This document shows, piece after piece, positions 1-14,129 of a stretch of DNA of 64,000 bases. This stretch comes from Camelus dromedarius (taxonomy: Eukaryota). How positions within the stretch are numbered: position 1 is the stretch's first letter; each line of letters starts with the position of its first letter. The stretch covers positions 2,604,001-2,668,000 of the forward strand of contig NC_087437.1 of assembly GCF_036321535.1 (NCBI RefSeq), read 5' to 3'. Under the pieces are notes generated by a model. It saw nothing but the letters and a program-made list of their open reading frames with translations, was not told the origin of the DNA and searched no databases. A program made the position numbers and the translations under genes.

Positions 1-506
1 TGATCCTTCCCCCGGTGCCCCCTGCACACATTCACAAATGAGTTAAAGATACTCTTTGAAGGGTTCTTTCTCCCTACCCAGTGTTCATGGTTATCCTCTG
101 GGACTCACTAGGCATCAGCAGCTATAAAACCTTCATTCCGGATCCAGTCCTTCTCTTTCCACCCTCTTCTCCCTTCATGGCCCTGAACTGAGGTTTTGGA
201 GCTACTCCTTACTCCAGAGGACTCGTCACTTGGGACTCAGACGTCATCATTTGCTTCATGGCTCTCCCCATGTCCCATCACCAGCTCCAAGAACTCAGGC
301 TGTCGTCCAAGTCTTCTACTTTCCCACCAACCCCAAGCTCTGTTTACCTAGAAGGAACCAGGCTGAACTGGTACACGGCACACAGTAGGTGATCATTGCC
401 TATGAATTTCCTTTCTTGGACCTGGAAGCTGTGAACTGGTTTTTACAGAGCCGTATTGACTATTATGATTGAGTACAGTGATCTAAGAACTGTGTTTTAA
501 TTTACT

Positions 507-1245
507 ATTTTTTTTATTATTGATGCAAAATCAGTTTACAGTGTTGTGTCAGTTTCTGGTGTACAGCAAAATTTTTTAGTCATACATTAATACACAATAT
601 TCATTTTCATACTTTTTCACTATGAAGTACTATAAGATCTTGAATATATTTCCCTGTGCTATACAGTATAAATTTGTTTATCTATTCTATGTATACTTGT
701 CAGTATCTACAAATCTCTCAAACTCCAAGTTTATCCCTTCCCACCCCCCTCCCCTCTGGCAACCACAAGTTTGTATTCTGTCTCTGTTTTATATTTAAGT
801 TCATTTGTCTTTTTTTTTTTTTTAGATTCCACATATGAATGACATCATATGGTATTTTTATTTCTCTTTCTGGCTTACTTCACTTAGAATGACAGTCTCC
901 AGGGCATCCATGTTGCTGCAAATGGCATTATGTTGTCATTTTTATGGCCAAATAATATTCCATTGTATAAATATACCACAACTTTTTCCAGTCATCTGTT
1001 GATAGACGTTTAGGCTGCTTCCATGTCTTGGCAATTGTAAATAGTGCTGCTATGAACATTGAGGTGCAGGTGTCTTTTTGAATTAGGGTTCCTTCTGGAT
1101 ATATGCCCAGGAGTGGGATTGATGGTTCATATGGTAAATCTATTCCTAATCTTTTGAGGAATCTCCATGCTGTTTTCCACAGTGGCTGCACCAAATTACA
1201 TTCCCACCAGCAGTGTAGGAGGGTTCTCCACACCTCCCTCATAGC
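507..1245 (-). mobile_element. 5'-truncated young LINE-1 (ORF2 C-terminus + 3'UTR)
   Basis: Minus-strand ORF 928-1260 encodes an L1 ORF2 C-terminus ([24 protein letters not shown]...MFIAALFTIAKTWKQPK...WYIYTMEYY). Poly-T at ~507 is the tail. Confidence 0.92.
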
Positions 1246-1419
1246 ATTTTTTAAGTACACATTTCAGTGCTCTGTCAGCTGTTGTTGGGTTAAAGCAAGT
1301 TAAACAGATTAGCTTATGTCATCAGTTTATAGGAGCATCTTATCGGAATCAGCAATTTCTACCTAGTTCATGGACTATGGGAAGAGTGGGCTGAGACATC
1401 GGATCATGTGGAGAATGGG

Positions 1420-1450
1420 GTGTGTGTGTGTATGTGTGTGTGTGTGTATG
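1420..1450. repeat. (TG)n microsatellite
   Basis: Direct reading: gtgtgtgtgtgtatgtgtgtgtgtgtgtatg. Confidence 0.9.
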
Positions 1451-4400
1451 ATGATGGTGGTTCACTGGGGGAGCCTCTCAGCTCAGCTTGTCCTTGGAAT
1501 GATAGAGAGCTTAGCAGTGACTGGGCACTGGTGATTTAAAGAGCTAGAAGCAGGCCCTGATTGGCCAACCAAGGAGAGGCAGCGCTGGAGCTCAGGTCTG
1601 CTGAGTCCCATTGTAATTCATAACTCTCCAGCTTAACTAAGAATTTCTAAGGAGCTGTTTTCTACCCATTCCTCTACTTAAGACTAGTCAGTTTGTACTG
1701 AAACTATCTACAAATTCAATGCCCAAGATCTTGGATCAAATTGTGTATTTCTCCCAACTACTTTTTTTCAAGAGAAGAAAATTGGTGGGAACCTAGATCA
1801 CAATTCTGTGATAATTTAATATTACCAAGAAACAGCCTACCCCTGCCTGCCCCCCCCACTCCACTGCCAGTTGGACTGAAATTGTTTTAGTGACAATTTC
1901 TTTGTAAAAACCAAAGCACAGAGCCTTTCACAGAGACTGAGCTTTCATAGCTTTTCAAAAAAGAACAAAGGCTGGGGAAGGGCTGGAATATAGAAAGAGG
2001 CAGAGCTAACCCCTTGGAGCCTTGTCCCAGCTCTGGGCCTGTCCTTGGGCGGAGGGTGCATATGAGGGCCTTTCTCGGGCACTTCTGGGGGAGGAAGGAT
2101 GCTGAACACCTTGAGCACCAACCAGCATTGTGGGGTCTGGGAGGTGTGAACAGCCGTGGCCCTTGTCAGCACTCTCCGTAAGACTCTGAAGGGATCCTGC
2201 CCACCCACCCCTTCTGCTGATGGGGAAATTGAGGATCCCAGAGGTTAACTTGCCAGAAGTCCTGCAGCTGGTAAATAGTAAGACCAGGACTAAACCACTT
2301 CATGTGTCAGACTTCATAAGCTCTGCCCTGACCTCTGGTCCTGTGGGCATGCATTCCTATCTGCTGACCGTGGCCAGGACCGAGCAGGCTCTGCAGCGCT
2401 GTGTCTATCGCTGAACCTCCCTCTGGATGTGAGGCTCGCACGTTTCATGCAGGTCTTTGGTCATCCGATAGCAGTGCATCCACAGAGGGAAACCATTATG
2501 ATTTGACCCAGGGGATGTGTAGCAATCATGGTGCTTGGAATGACAATGACCCTGTCCCTCTCAGTGCCTTCCATTTGGGCCACCACAGCTCTGCTGGTGT
2601 AACAGAATGCAGCAGTGGCAGCTCTGTCCTTTGCACTGACGTCTGCCTGGACCTCTTGACTAGTCTGGCCCTTGCTCCTGCAGGACGCTGACCAGCCTGC
2701 GCCCTCTCTCCCACAGATGCCACCTTCACGAGGACTGCTGTGGTTCCCGGCGCTGCGTGAGGGCCCCCTCCATACAGAGGCTCTTAATTTTGGTAGGTTA
2801 CAACTATTCCTGGTCCTGGATGCTTCTGACCCCCAGGGGCCCTGCCCAGTCAGTTTGTCACAGCCACGGTGCCATCACCTTTACCTGAGGTCGTGGTCTC
2901 TGGGCAGCCTCAGTCAAGAACACAGGCACATTCGGGCTGGCTTCATGACAGCTCTTCTGCTCACAGAGTTTGCAGAAAGCTCGTGCCCGCTCCCACAGCC
3001 TGTGCTTGGGAAGAAGTGTTCTTTTGGAAACTGGACTGGACAACAGCCTTGTCCTTCAGTGGCTCTGACACCAATTCTGGAAATGGAGCTGAGGCCAACT
3101 GTCTTAAAGAATCAGAGTCAGCAAATGTCGTAACGTTTCTGCTGCCTGGAAATCTCCCTTATTCACATTGTGTCAGCCGAGTCCCAGCTTTCAAGGCAGA
3201 CAGCCTGCCTGCTTGCCCATCCTCCGATTCTGCTCAGGGGGGTTGGAAGAGCTGTTTGGAGTCTATAAAATTGTACTTTGGGAGGGAACGAGGGAGCAAA
3301 GCTGACACAGTCCTAGAAGGTTAGGGGAAAGATTTTTGTTAATGAGGGGGACCTCCTGTGGCTTGCCATCCTCTGAGGATGCCTGTTTGGAGGTTTGTCT
3401 GGGGATTTGTGACTCTGCAGTGAAGAGGCTTCAGATGGTAGATGGCAGAGCATGTGTGGGAAGGGGTTTGCCTAAAGCCAAAACAGCCTTTCCTGTGCCC
3501 ACCACCTTCTCCTCTGCTCCACTGCAGGGGCCTGGTCCTTGAGACAGACCCCATGAAGGGTTAGGACCCAGCTTCAAGGTGTAAGCTTCTTTGGGATGTT
3601 CAGATTCAGCCGCACCTGAGTTCAAACGACTTCCAGGCCTTTCCTGAGCATGTGGCAGCAGGCACTTGAGTCTTTTGTGAGGTTTTGCCTTTCCCCTCTG
3701 ACAACTGTTTCTAGTGTTTGATTAGGGGAACCAGCAGGAGGTGGGGACTCCATGTGCCATGTTGTCTTTAACAGGAGAGCCTGTTCATGCTCATCATCAC
3801 CACCTCCCTGATGGACATGGGCCATTTGGGGGCTGGACTCACCTGCCACATGGGGCCCTGAACAGTGGCAGACTGGTGCTGGCTTCTCACCTCCTGGTGC
3901 TCAGGGCATCAAGCTCTATAATAGAAGGGGAATTTTTTAGCCCAACATCAGTGTACATGTTGAGGTGAAAGAGACTGGTACCAAAGCAGGGGAGAGGAGG
4001 ACAGGGGGGAGGTGGCATTTCAGAGCTTTGCTTGGTTTCACACATGCTGTCTCTCACAGTTTGCTCCTTGGACCTTGTGGTTGAAGGAGGCAGGACTGTC
4101 TGGGGCATGAGTCTTGGAAGGGTTCAGCCAGGTTGGTCTGAAGCACCATCTGAACAATGATGAGGTTGTGGAAATGCTCGTAAAAGTGAAAAAAGCAAAA
4201 AACCTGTCACAAGTTAGGTATTATGTGATTAAGAAAAGGGTAAGTTGAGAGTCCGGGAGAAGTCTGAGGGCCTGGCCGCTCCTGCAGCTTCCGTCGGCCC
4301 TCCCAGGAAGCGCTGCCTGAGCCTGCAGCCAGGTGCTCCTGAGCTGTTGGCCGGCATCACTTGTCAGGTCGAGGCACACCAGTGAGTCGGGGGGATCCCC

Positions 4401-4882
4401 ACCCTGAGCATCTTGTGAGAGCCGTCCAAGGAGGGCAGGTCTCACGAGGTTGGAGTGTGAGGTGCCAGAGGTTTGGTTGAGTCCTTTGAGTTGAGATTCT
4501 GATATCAGTGTCTAAACCTGGGATACAGCCAGAGAACACCTTGATTTCTGAGTCTGTGGTGACCCAGCAGAGGTCAAAGGATTCTTGGTACATGTCAGGG
4601 TCCCATGGCCTTAGGGCAGTCAGGCTCCTGAAAGAGACAGATGTCTAAACAGGTAATTACACCCAGAGACTTTGAAACCAGTGCTCCAGAAGCAAAGCAT
4701 GGAACCTCTGTTGCCAGAAAAGTTGGGGGAAGCTGCACAGCTTCTGACTGGGCCTCAGAGAGGACATTCCTTACCAAGGGACCAGCACATTGCAGGGATT
4801 GGGACAGAAGGAGGATGGACCTGGTGAGGGGGTGATGGGGAACTGGTTAGGGGCTGGTGCTGGGGGAGAGGTACGGAGGTTG

Positions 4883-5415
4883 TGTTGCTGAGTCCAAACT
4901 CGTTCTGCTTGCCGCATGCCAGGCCAGTAAATCGGGAAATGAGGTGTTGGGGAAAGGAATAGCGACTTTATTTAGAAAGCTGACAGACTGAGAGGATGGC
5001 AGACTGATGTCCTGGAGAACCATCCTGCTCTAGTCAGAATACAGGCTCAAAAAAAAAAAAAAAAAAAAAAGGAGGGAGTGTGGTTGGTTGTTGCAAACTT
5101 CTTGCTGCAGGCGTTCTTTGTTCTTGCAGCCGTCCATGTAGGCCAGGTCATGGTGTCCCTGCAAACCTCCAACAAAACAAAGGTTATTCTCTTACTTTGC
5201 AACTTGCCATCTCTATGTAAGTGCTTAAGTGCTAGCTTCCTTAAAGGTCAGAGCCTCCAGAATAGGCTCTCCTGTGTGTTTCAGGCTAAAGGCAACATTG
5301 TTTCACAAAAGGTGCAGAACCAACAAGACTAAGCCTAGAAAACAGGGCACAGGGTTAAAGCTAAAGGAACAGATCCAACATAGAGCCAGAGCCAGACCCA
5401 TTCTCTTCTATTACA
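4883..5415 (-). mobile_element. Solo LTR, ERV1-like
   Basis: TG...CA termini (tgttgctg...tattaca). 4-bp TSD gttg at 4879-4882 and 5416-5419. Minus-strand AATAAA at ~4966. Internal A22 run at 5049-5070. Confidence 0.8.
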
Positions 5416-5796
5416 GTTGGGAGGATAGAGCTGGGTGTGGGGTGACCGGAGGAGGGCTGCTCTCCAACCTGGCTCCACCTGCCATTGGAGGACTCCGGTC
5501 TCCTTACCAGAACACAAAGGTTTTGGAGAGTGCTTTTGTAAGGAAGGCCCGTGCTAGCTCTAAAATCTTAAGGAATCTTGAATCAGGATGGTCTGAATGA
5601 CACCCCCAGGATTAGAAAAGTTGGAGAGTTGGAAAGCGCACTGCAACAGAGTGCAGACTGGCAGGTGAGCGCTGCCCTGCTACTGGAGCTCCAGCGGGGT
5701 TGGGGTGGCCCTGATCCACAGTGGCTCTGCTGCTGCTGGGACCTGCGTTGAGTTGAGAGCTGCTTACCAAGTGCTGGGGGGGAGGCAGGGAGGGAC

Positions 5797-6165
5797 TGTA
5801 AAGACAAATTGAATTGAGGAATCCAGACTGCTTCTGATGGTAGAAAAGGCACCGACATCCTCTCTTAATCCCAAGCGACACTCGGAGGGCTAGAGAACTC
5901 AGATTTATCGCACCGGTGGGCCCAGAGGAGTTAACAGTCCCGATTGCAGGTTCGTGTACAGACTTTCATAGGGTTTTAGGTTTCGGTTTATAAGAAGTCA
6001 CGTGGTGTTAGGTTTTTGCGTCAGTGGGAAGATTTCATGCGCTGGCGGGGTGGTGAGGGGCAAGTTTTGATTTCCTAGAAGCAAGCTGTTTTACAGAACC
6101 ACAAAAGCGATAAGCAGTGTCTCTGCTTGGGAGGCCTTGCTGGTCCCTGTGGCCTTTTCCTCTCC
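5797..6165 (-). mobile_element. Probable second LTR fragment
   Basis: Begins tgtaaagac and contains LTR-like text (ctcagatttatcgcaccggtgggcccagaggagttaac). No clear TSD found. Confidence 0.45.
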
Positions 6166-7714
6166 AGAAGAAGTCATTCATTCATTCATTCATTCATTGA
6201 ATGCCAGTGATGCGACAGTCACTGAGAATCCTTACACAAGCTGGACAAAGGTCCGGTCCTTAAAGCAGTCAGGTCTGTGTCTGTTAGACCTTAGGATCAT
6301 GGTAGGAGAAGATTCAGCTCTATTTAGAACCTAGAGACTTTAAATCAGCTTTTTCATTGATCATGTGTTTTATCTATTCTGGTAGTTCCTCTATAATGAA
6401 GATGTGCTCTGGGAAAGGCACTTTTTAAATTGTCTTTCTGGATGGCCATATGATAATGGGGAGAAAACTGCTAGCAAGGATCATGTGCTTACTCTCCTTG
6501 CTTTGACGGTGAAGAAAATGGGGAGAAATAGATAGCGAGGACCAGCAGTAGTGTTCAAACAGGATTGAGAAGGCACCTCCTGTTTTGACTAACGGAATTG
6601 AGGTCAGAGCCACAGACAGGAAAGTAATTGCACCAACCCTTTGAAGCCATTTGGATATACTTGAGACCGAAAGCACACTTAGAGAGCTTCTTGGTGGGGG
6701 TGGCCTCTGTCCAGGCGCACCTCAGAGCTCGCCAGGCCATGTGAGACCTCCACCAGAAATGTCCCTGGGGAGAGGGGCCAGGGAGGACCGTCCAGGTCAG
6801 TGAAGCTCCCTCTCCTTGTCTCTCCTCCCTGCAGTTTATGTGTCCTCTGCAAACATTTGGAAAGGGCATTGCCGCTGAATGTGCTCAAAGAAAAAAAATC
6901 AGGCCATGTTTATTCACTAAAGTTCTGGTGATCAACCCTCTGTGCATATGTGCTGATAAAAAAAAATGCCACATCGGTTGTATGTCTGTCACCTCATATT
7001 CTTACCCGATTATTGGTGCATCTTTTATGCATGTTTATGCAGCTCATATATGCACATTATTTGCATTTTCTTTAAAAATTATTTCACGTATGTATTATGT
7101 AGAAACGGTAATGTCCTTGGCATTCTTAATGCTTCTGGACTAAATATTAATTATGCTACTAAGTGGTAATTTGCTTAGATATTCTGTCATGGCTGATCAT
7201 TTGTTTTCTTTTGCTTTTTATTCATTCATTCAGTGTTTATTTTGCTTTTCCTAGTATTCTGAGTACCTATAAGTAGTGCTGCTATAGACATTTTTGTACA
7301 AGTTACATCTGGCCTATTTAGGGAACATTACCTAAAGTGGTGCCCCAGGGTCAAAAAGAATTTGTGGTTTCTTAATTCATATAAAACACTGCTTTAACTA
7401 CCTAAAACTCAAAGGTACTGTGGTAGGTAAATTCGAGTCTCCCTCGGGACACAGGCCAGTTTCCTATCTTGACATTACATGTGAGAGGTTTTTTCCCTTT
7501 GAGACAGAGGGGTGCCAGGGGCTCTGGCGGGCTGGGTGGGGGTGCCTGCTCCTTCCAGCTCCTGTCTCTCTGCCCTTGTGTGGTGGGCTGGGTGGGGTGT
7601 GCCCCACCGCAGATCCTCTGCCCTGAAATAGTTCCCACTTCCCCCTCCATTCACACACTGCAGGGAGACAGTTGGAATTCTAGGAGCAGTTCCTGCCTTG
7701 GTTTTTACAGACTT

Positions 7715-8010
7715 TCAGTTTGCAAGTTAAGTGGCAGAGATGTGCTGCACAGCATAGGGACTGTCGTTAATAACACTGGGTGGTACGCTTCGCAGTTTGC
7801 TAAGAGTGCAGCTCTCGTGCTCAATGTTATCATCAATGCAGAGGGTGGGAGGAAATGTTTGGAGGGGATGGATAGGTTTTTGGTACCTATGTGATGATGG
7901 CTTCATGGAGTATATTTATCTCTAAACTCATTAAGTTTTAGACATTAAATGTGTTCACCTTTTTTACGTTGATCACACCTCAGAAAAGTTATTTTCAAAG
8001 AAGAAAGAAA
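7715..8010 (+). mobile_element. Old L1M 3'UTR fragment
   Basis: Diverged L1MA-type 3' end motifs (gatgtgctgcacagcatagggactgtcgttaataacactg...gtgatgatggcttcatggagt). Confidence 0.65.
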
Positions 8011-8804
8011 CAGGGGAATGAGTGTGGGAAGAGCTCGCTCTCTTCTGCTTTTTAGACCCAGAGGTGCAGGATGGGTGTTTGCTGATCTGTGTCTTACAGT
8101 TTTCTTCCATCAAATTCTCCCCAGGGTTTTCTTTTTAAAAAGATCACCTTTATTATTTTTTACAATGTTCCTCAAAAATTTGAATGTGTATTTTCCACAA
8201 CAGTTCAGAGGTTTCTGTACCCTAAAGTTTGACTTAAGGTTAGTATCATTTTTCATGCATAAGTGGATTTTTGTTCTTACATATTTGGAAAAACCTGAAT
8301 GGCTTCAAATTGTACCCCAGAATAGGGTAATGTGAAAATTTTTACTTAAAATGGGAGCTAAAAGCTAGATTTTATCTGGATTAGTCTGACTTTTCAGTCT
8401 CCTTTGATTTTTTTTTTCAAGAAGCAGACAGATCAGAGAAATGGATAAAAGACTAATGAATTTCCTGTTCCTTTCTGTCTTCATTACATGGATTTCTAGC
8501 GCCCCATGTGGCCACAGATGCAAGATGCCGTGTGTCCTTGGTCCATGGTAGCAGGTCTGTGGTTCCTTTCCTGGGCTGTGGCCGCACCATTCTGGTTGAA
8601 TGTCCTCAGCATCTCAGTATTTCTAGGCAAGGATGCCATGTGCCCCCATCACCCCCCTCTCCTTGTCCCCATCTCTTTTCTGCATCACAGTGCACTGTCT
8701 GTCTAAATGGAATCCTCAGCCCCCCTTATAATAAATGGGTCATCAGATCCTGCCTAGTCTTACTTCAGACTCTTATCTCACCTCTGAGTAATGCCCGCTG
8801 AAAG

Positions 8805-10430
8805 CTTTCCCAGTTTGTACCTGTTAATCCTCCACCTCCATCTTGCCCCTCCCCCTTCCTTCTCCCCACTGGTAGCCAGTGGTTTCTTCGCCACATCTGT
8901 GAGTCTGATTCTTTTCTATTATATTCACTAGTTGGTTGTATTTTTTTAGATTCCACATGTAAGTAATATCTTACAGTATCGTCTTGCCCTGTCTGACTTA
9001 TTTCACTTAGCATAATGCTCTCTTAAGTCCATCCATGCTGTATGCCGGAAACTAAGACATTTTAAATCAACTATATTTCAATTAAAAAGCAAATAAACAA
9101 CAACCCATTTAAAATATGAGGAGAAGAACTGAACAGACATTTTTCCAAACGAGGAAATGCAGATGGCCCACAGGGCATCATCTCACACCTGTCAGAATGG
9201 CCATCATCAAAAAAAGCAAACAAACAAAAAAACAAGTAACAAATGTTGACAAGGATGTGGAGAAAAGGGAACCCTTGTACACTGTTGGTGGGAATGTAAA
9301 TTGGTGCAGCCACTATGGAAAACAGCATGGAGGTTTCTCAAAAACCCAAAAATAGAACCACCACATGGCCTAGCAATTCCATTCCTGGGCATATATCCAA
9401 GAAAAGCAAAAACATTAATTCAAAAAGATACATACACCCCACTACTAACAGCAACACTATTTACAATAGCCAAGACATGGAAGCATCCCAAGTGCACATA
9501 AACAGATGTATGAACAAAGATGTAGCATACATATGCAATGGAACACAACTCACCCACAAAATAAGATATTTTGCCATTTGCTGCCCTTCATTCACTTTTT
9601 TTTTTAACTTCAAAACCCAGAATTTTTTAACTGGCATAAGCATTTCCATTGTATCCAAAACAACAAAATACCTAGAAATAAACTTAACCAAGGAGGTTGC
9701 CTATACTCTGAAAACTATAAAATGATGAAGGAAATTGAAGATGATACAAAGAAATGGAAAGATATCTTGTGCTCTTGGATTGCAAGAATCAACACTATCA
9801 AAATGACCATACCATCCAAAGCAACCCACAGATCCAATGCAACCCCCGTCAAAACACCCACAAATTTTTTTTAAACAGAACTAGAACGAACAATTCCAAA
9901 ATCTATATGGAGCCATTAAAGACTCCAAATTGCCAAAGCAATATTTTGTAGGTCTTCTTTTTCTCTTTCTTGTTTTTGTTCTTTTCTTAAGGTTTGATGA
10001 CTAGAGAATTTCTTTTAACATTTGTTGTAAAGCTGGTTTGGTGGTGCTGAATTCTTTTAGCTATTTTTTATCTGTGAAACTTTTGATTTCTCCATCAAAT
10101 CTGAATGAGAGCCTTGCTGGATGGAGTATTCTTGGTTCTAAGTTTTTCCCTTTCATCACTTTAAATATATCATGCCACTCCCTTCTGGCCTGTAGAGTTT
10201 CCGCTAAAAAATCAACTGAAAAAAATGGCATCTGGTTCTACGAGGAGTGTGCAGTGTCAGGGCAGCAAGGATTGTTTTCTTGGTTTCTCTTTTTGCTAGC
10301 TCATTGTTACTATATAGAAACACAACAGATTTTTGTATATTGACTTTATACTCTGCCACTTTACTGCATTTGTTTATTATTTCTAGTAGGTTTTTTTTTT
10401 TTTGGTGGAATCTTTAGGGTTTTCTCTACA
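8805..10430. mobile_element. Cluster of L1 fragments in mixed orientation
   Basis: Minus 3'UTR piece (~8805-9040). Plus ORF2 C-terminus (9116-9501, [25 protein letters not shown]). Plus ORF2 middle (~9650-9950). Minus pieces at ~9950-10220 and ~10280-10430. Confidence 0.85.
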
Positions 10431-12649
10431 TCATTGTGCGTTTTAACCTGTTGTGTATACTTTGGGCTACCGACTGTGCTGAGTGCATCAGCAGGACTTA
10501 CAGCTCAGGCACCAAGCAGACTTATGTCTACAAGCTGGGTGAATTCAACTTAGGGTAGGGATTTGCCATGGCCACACTGGGGCCTCACTTGATGCATATT
10601 TATTGCACACCCGCTAAGGTGCTGCAGGTGTGTGGGGCACTGGAGTGCAGCCTGGGTCCCAGCGCTCACTCATCCCCTTGTGCATTGCATGGTTTACACA
10701 ACCATATGTGGGAGCACTGTGTAATTTGCACAAGTAACTCTATAGTCACCGACCGTGTTGAGTGCTATGGGGAAAAGTTCAGTATGCTGGGAAGCCTTGC
10801 AAGTAGGAAGCTCAATCTAGTGTATGGATGGAAGGGACTGAAGAATATGTAAGAATGGCTAAGTGGGAGTGTGGGTGGGTCCAGCATGAGATGGAGAAGC
10901 AGCCAGCGAGGCTCTACTGATCTTCCGTTGCTACCATCATTTCACACACCTGCCACCGAGACTCCTAGCTGCACAGTCCAAACTGCTGCTGTAGCCCCAG
11001 CAGCCACAGCACCAGCTGCAGGCTGGTTTTGAAGGGTGGATAAATGTAGGAACAATACTGAGTCTCTGTGAGCAATGGGGACTGGAGGTACGTGGCCAAG
11101 TGCCCAGCAGAGCCTTTCCCATGCCTCAAGGTAGTGTGGTTTGACCCAATTCTACGCTGCGGTTGGGGGCACTCAGAAAAATGGGGCTGTTTATTTCCTT
11201 CCCAGCCCTCATGATGCAGTCACCACTGGGCGGGTGAGAAAGCATATTGGCCTTTTGTTGGGGATGTTGATTTGGTGCCCTCACCTCTCCATGGTGCGTC
11301 ACAGCGCTGCTGAATTTACCGTCATCCTTCCATTTGTATGCATCTTTCAGGCTGCTCACAGGATAAAATCGGCAACCTCAGCTATACGAGAGCAGCATAG
11401 GAAGGCTTGCTTTGTTCCAGGGGAGCACAGAGTTCCCGTAATTTCATTGCAAAATCAACGGCTGTGTCGTTAGTTAACAGCACTATGCTTGGGAGGAATT
11501 TGATTTTGTAGAATTAGTAATAGTGAAAAAAATAGGGTCTGTTTCTCAATGATTCTGGTCTTGATAGCGCCTCCTCCCGTGGTGGGATGGGGACACTGTT
11601 CCCCGGGGAAGTGCGCAGCATGGGAGGAAGGCCATGGGGTGGGGCGGTCTGGTAAGAGAAACAGAGCACGCTGACTGTGCACAGTAGGTCTGCAGGCCCA
11701 GGAGAGGCCTGGTCGGTGTGAGGAAGGTGGCGTCTGTGCCATGCACAGGCCATGCTCACCTGTCTGCTGGGCGGCTCTGCTTCCTTCTGCCCTTCTGGGG
11801 GAGGGATTCTGGATTCTGGTGAGCTTTACTTATTCATGAAGATGAAAAGGCAGGTTTTAAAGAACCAATACTCGTGCACTGGAGGGCTAGGGGAGGGCAG
11901 CAGCTCACGTGGCGTGCAGAGGGACACGCACTGGTGTTCCAGCCAGGACCAGCACCGCCATCCAACAAGGCTGAGTGCAGAAGAGCAGATACGAAGATGC
12001 TCATAACTGGAGTGGGCGGGAGGGGAACGTGTGGCAGCTTCATGGTTCTAGGGCACTGGCGTGGCTGAGAGCAGGACTAGGGGGAAGAGACTGGCAAACG
12101 CGGGAGGGAGGCAGAGGTTCAGAGGTGGGGCTCCGAGGCCACCCAGGAACCAAAGGAAACACGGGCTAAAGCTGCTGATCAAGAGGTCAGGGCCAAGACC
12201 CAGCTCCGCTGGGCCTTCACAGGCAAGGCTGAGAGGGAGGAGTGGGGAGGAGCGTGGTCTGGGGACCAAGAAGAGGCACCTAGGAGGCCTGGGGTCTGTG
12301 GGGCTGGGGCAGGCACTGTCTCTCCAGAGCCTCTGCACCTTGCCTGCAAAATGAAGTTGTGTAAACAAGAGCGATTCTCAGTGTAGTGCGTCTATACAGA
12401 GGTGTCCACAGTGTAACTAGAGAAGGGCCAAGCTCCCTGAGTGCTGCAGACCCTCAGGCCTCCCTGCTGTGAGCTGAAGGGCCTGTGGACACACCTTCCT
12501 GGGGAAAGAGGAAAGACCGACCCTGTTCACTCGTCCCTTTTTTGAGAAAACACCAGGCAGTCAATGGCACTATGTTCACACGAGGAGGGTCTGAGGAACA
12601 TGTGCTCACTGCCCTTTAAGAACTTGCAGAAGGGGTTGCTGAGTGAAGG

Positions 12650-12940
12650 TGACAAGAGTGCTAAGGGGTCGGACTTCCACTTATAAGATGTGTAGGTCCT
12701 GGCGCTGTCATGTGAGCATGGTGACTGTCGGTAACTTTATTTATATATGAAAGCTGCTAAGCGAGTAGATCTTAAAAGTTCTCATCACAAGGAAAGAATG
12801 TGTAACTGTGAGGTGATTAATGATAACTCATTGTGGTGACTATTTCACAGTATAGACGTATATTAAATCATTATGCCATACACCTTAAATTTATCCAGTG
12901 TTCTATGTCAATTATAGCTCAATAAACCTGGAAATAAAAA
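12650..12940 (+). mobile_element. L1MA-type 3'UTR fragment
   Basis: aaagctgctaagcgagtagatcttaaaagttctcatcacaag...tatgtcaattatagctcaataaa, a typical L1 3' terminus. Confidence 0.8.
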
Positions 12941-14129
12941 ATAACTTTTAGAATAGTGGGAAGGATATAAAACCTCGGCTACAGCACAGCTGTGGGTCTG
13001 GGTTTCAGGGAGATCCGAGCAGGGCCTCACCGACCTTGTGCCCTGGAGGCGGGTGTCAGGGGGCTTCCAGGACACGAAGGAAAAGATGATGACATTTTAG
13101 TCTCTCAGTCAAGATCAAGGCCTTGTAACCATAGCAGGACAAGTGTGAAGCTGTATTTAGGGAAGAGGGCGGAGGGTGGTAGTGATGCCAGCTGTATGAT
13201 CCCACAGGTGTAGTTGGGAATGACATGTGTGATGTTTATGTGATTTAAATTGTCTTTAAAAATGGTTAACTTTAATGTGACTAATGCTCATTAAAAAAAT
13301 AAAACAAGTAGTAGTCTCATTGGGAGATACATTGTTATTCCTTTCGGTCGGCGCATTTATGGGGAGTTTGTTGATGATTTTCTGACTGTTCTGGTGTCCC
13401 AATCCTATACTAAATCTGTCAACCTGCAGTAACAGTAGTGGCCTGAATAAATGATCCCAGCTGCAGGAAAATGAAAATGGTAGGGAGTGTGTTTTGACAG
13501 TTTAACTACCTTCCAAATCAGAGCTGAAACAAAAATGGGGCTGCTTCAGTTGTGAGGACAAACTTCTGTCTGCCTGTTCTTGTGGGATGGGAGGGCCCCA
13601 GTGTTCATGTGTGTCTTGGCAGAAGTTCAGCTGTGTAATCTGTACAAACCATGACAGGTCAGTCTGAAAGGCCAGGTACCTAACACAGATATGGCTTTCA
13701 CCTCCATCCTCCCCCTCCTCCCAAAGAAGCAGTAAAATAAGGGCCTTCTTCTTTATGGATAATCCTTGCAAGAGGAGACATGTGGGGTCGGGACTCCTGG
13801 CTCCCTTCCTGGGGCTGACCAGTGTGACCAGTCTTTTGTGTATCTTTCAAGAAATGATCCATGATTTTTCTAACATATGTGTAAGAAAGGGAGTCTTTTT
13901 AATACTGATAAAAATAACTTTGTACAATGAGGCTATAACTTGAATAAAATATTGAATAACTTCAAAGTATACAAAACAAACTTAGAAATAAGAGGAAAGT
14001 ATGTGGAGACTGTAGGAGTGTCAATGCATTATTATTAATCTGATCAAAACATAACATGGAGTATTTAGAAAAGTTTATCAAATTTTACACTGAAGAGAAT
14101 CTGAAAATTTGCAAGAGCAGTAATCACAC

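Noticed and set aside
13848..13882. Small exon-like AG...GTAAG interval
   Set aside because: No homology or neighbouring exons; such signals occur frequently by chance.
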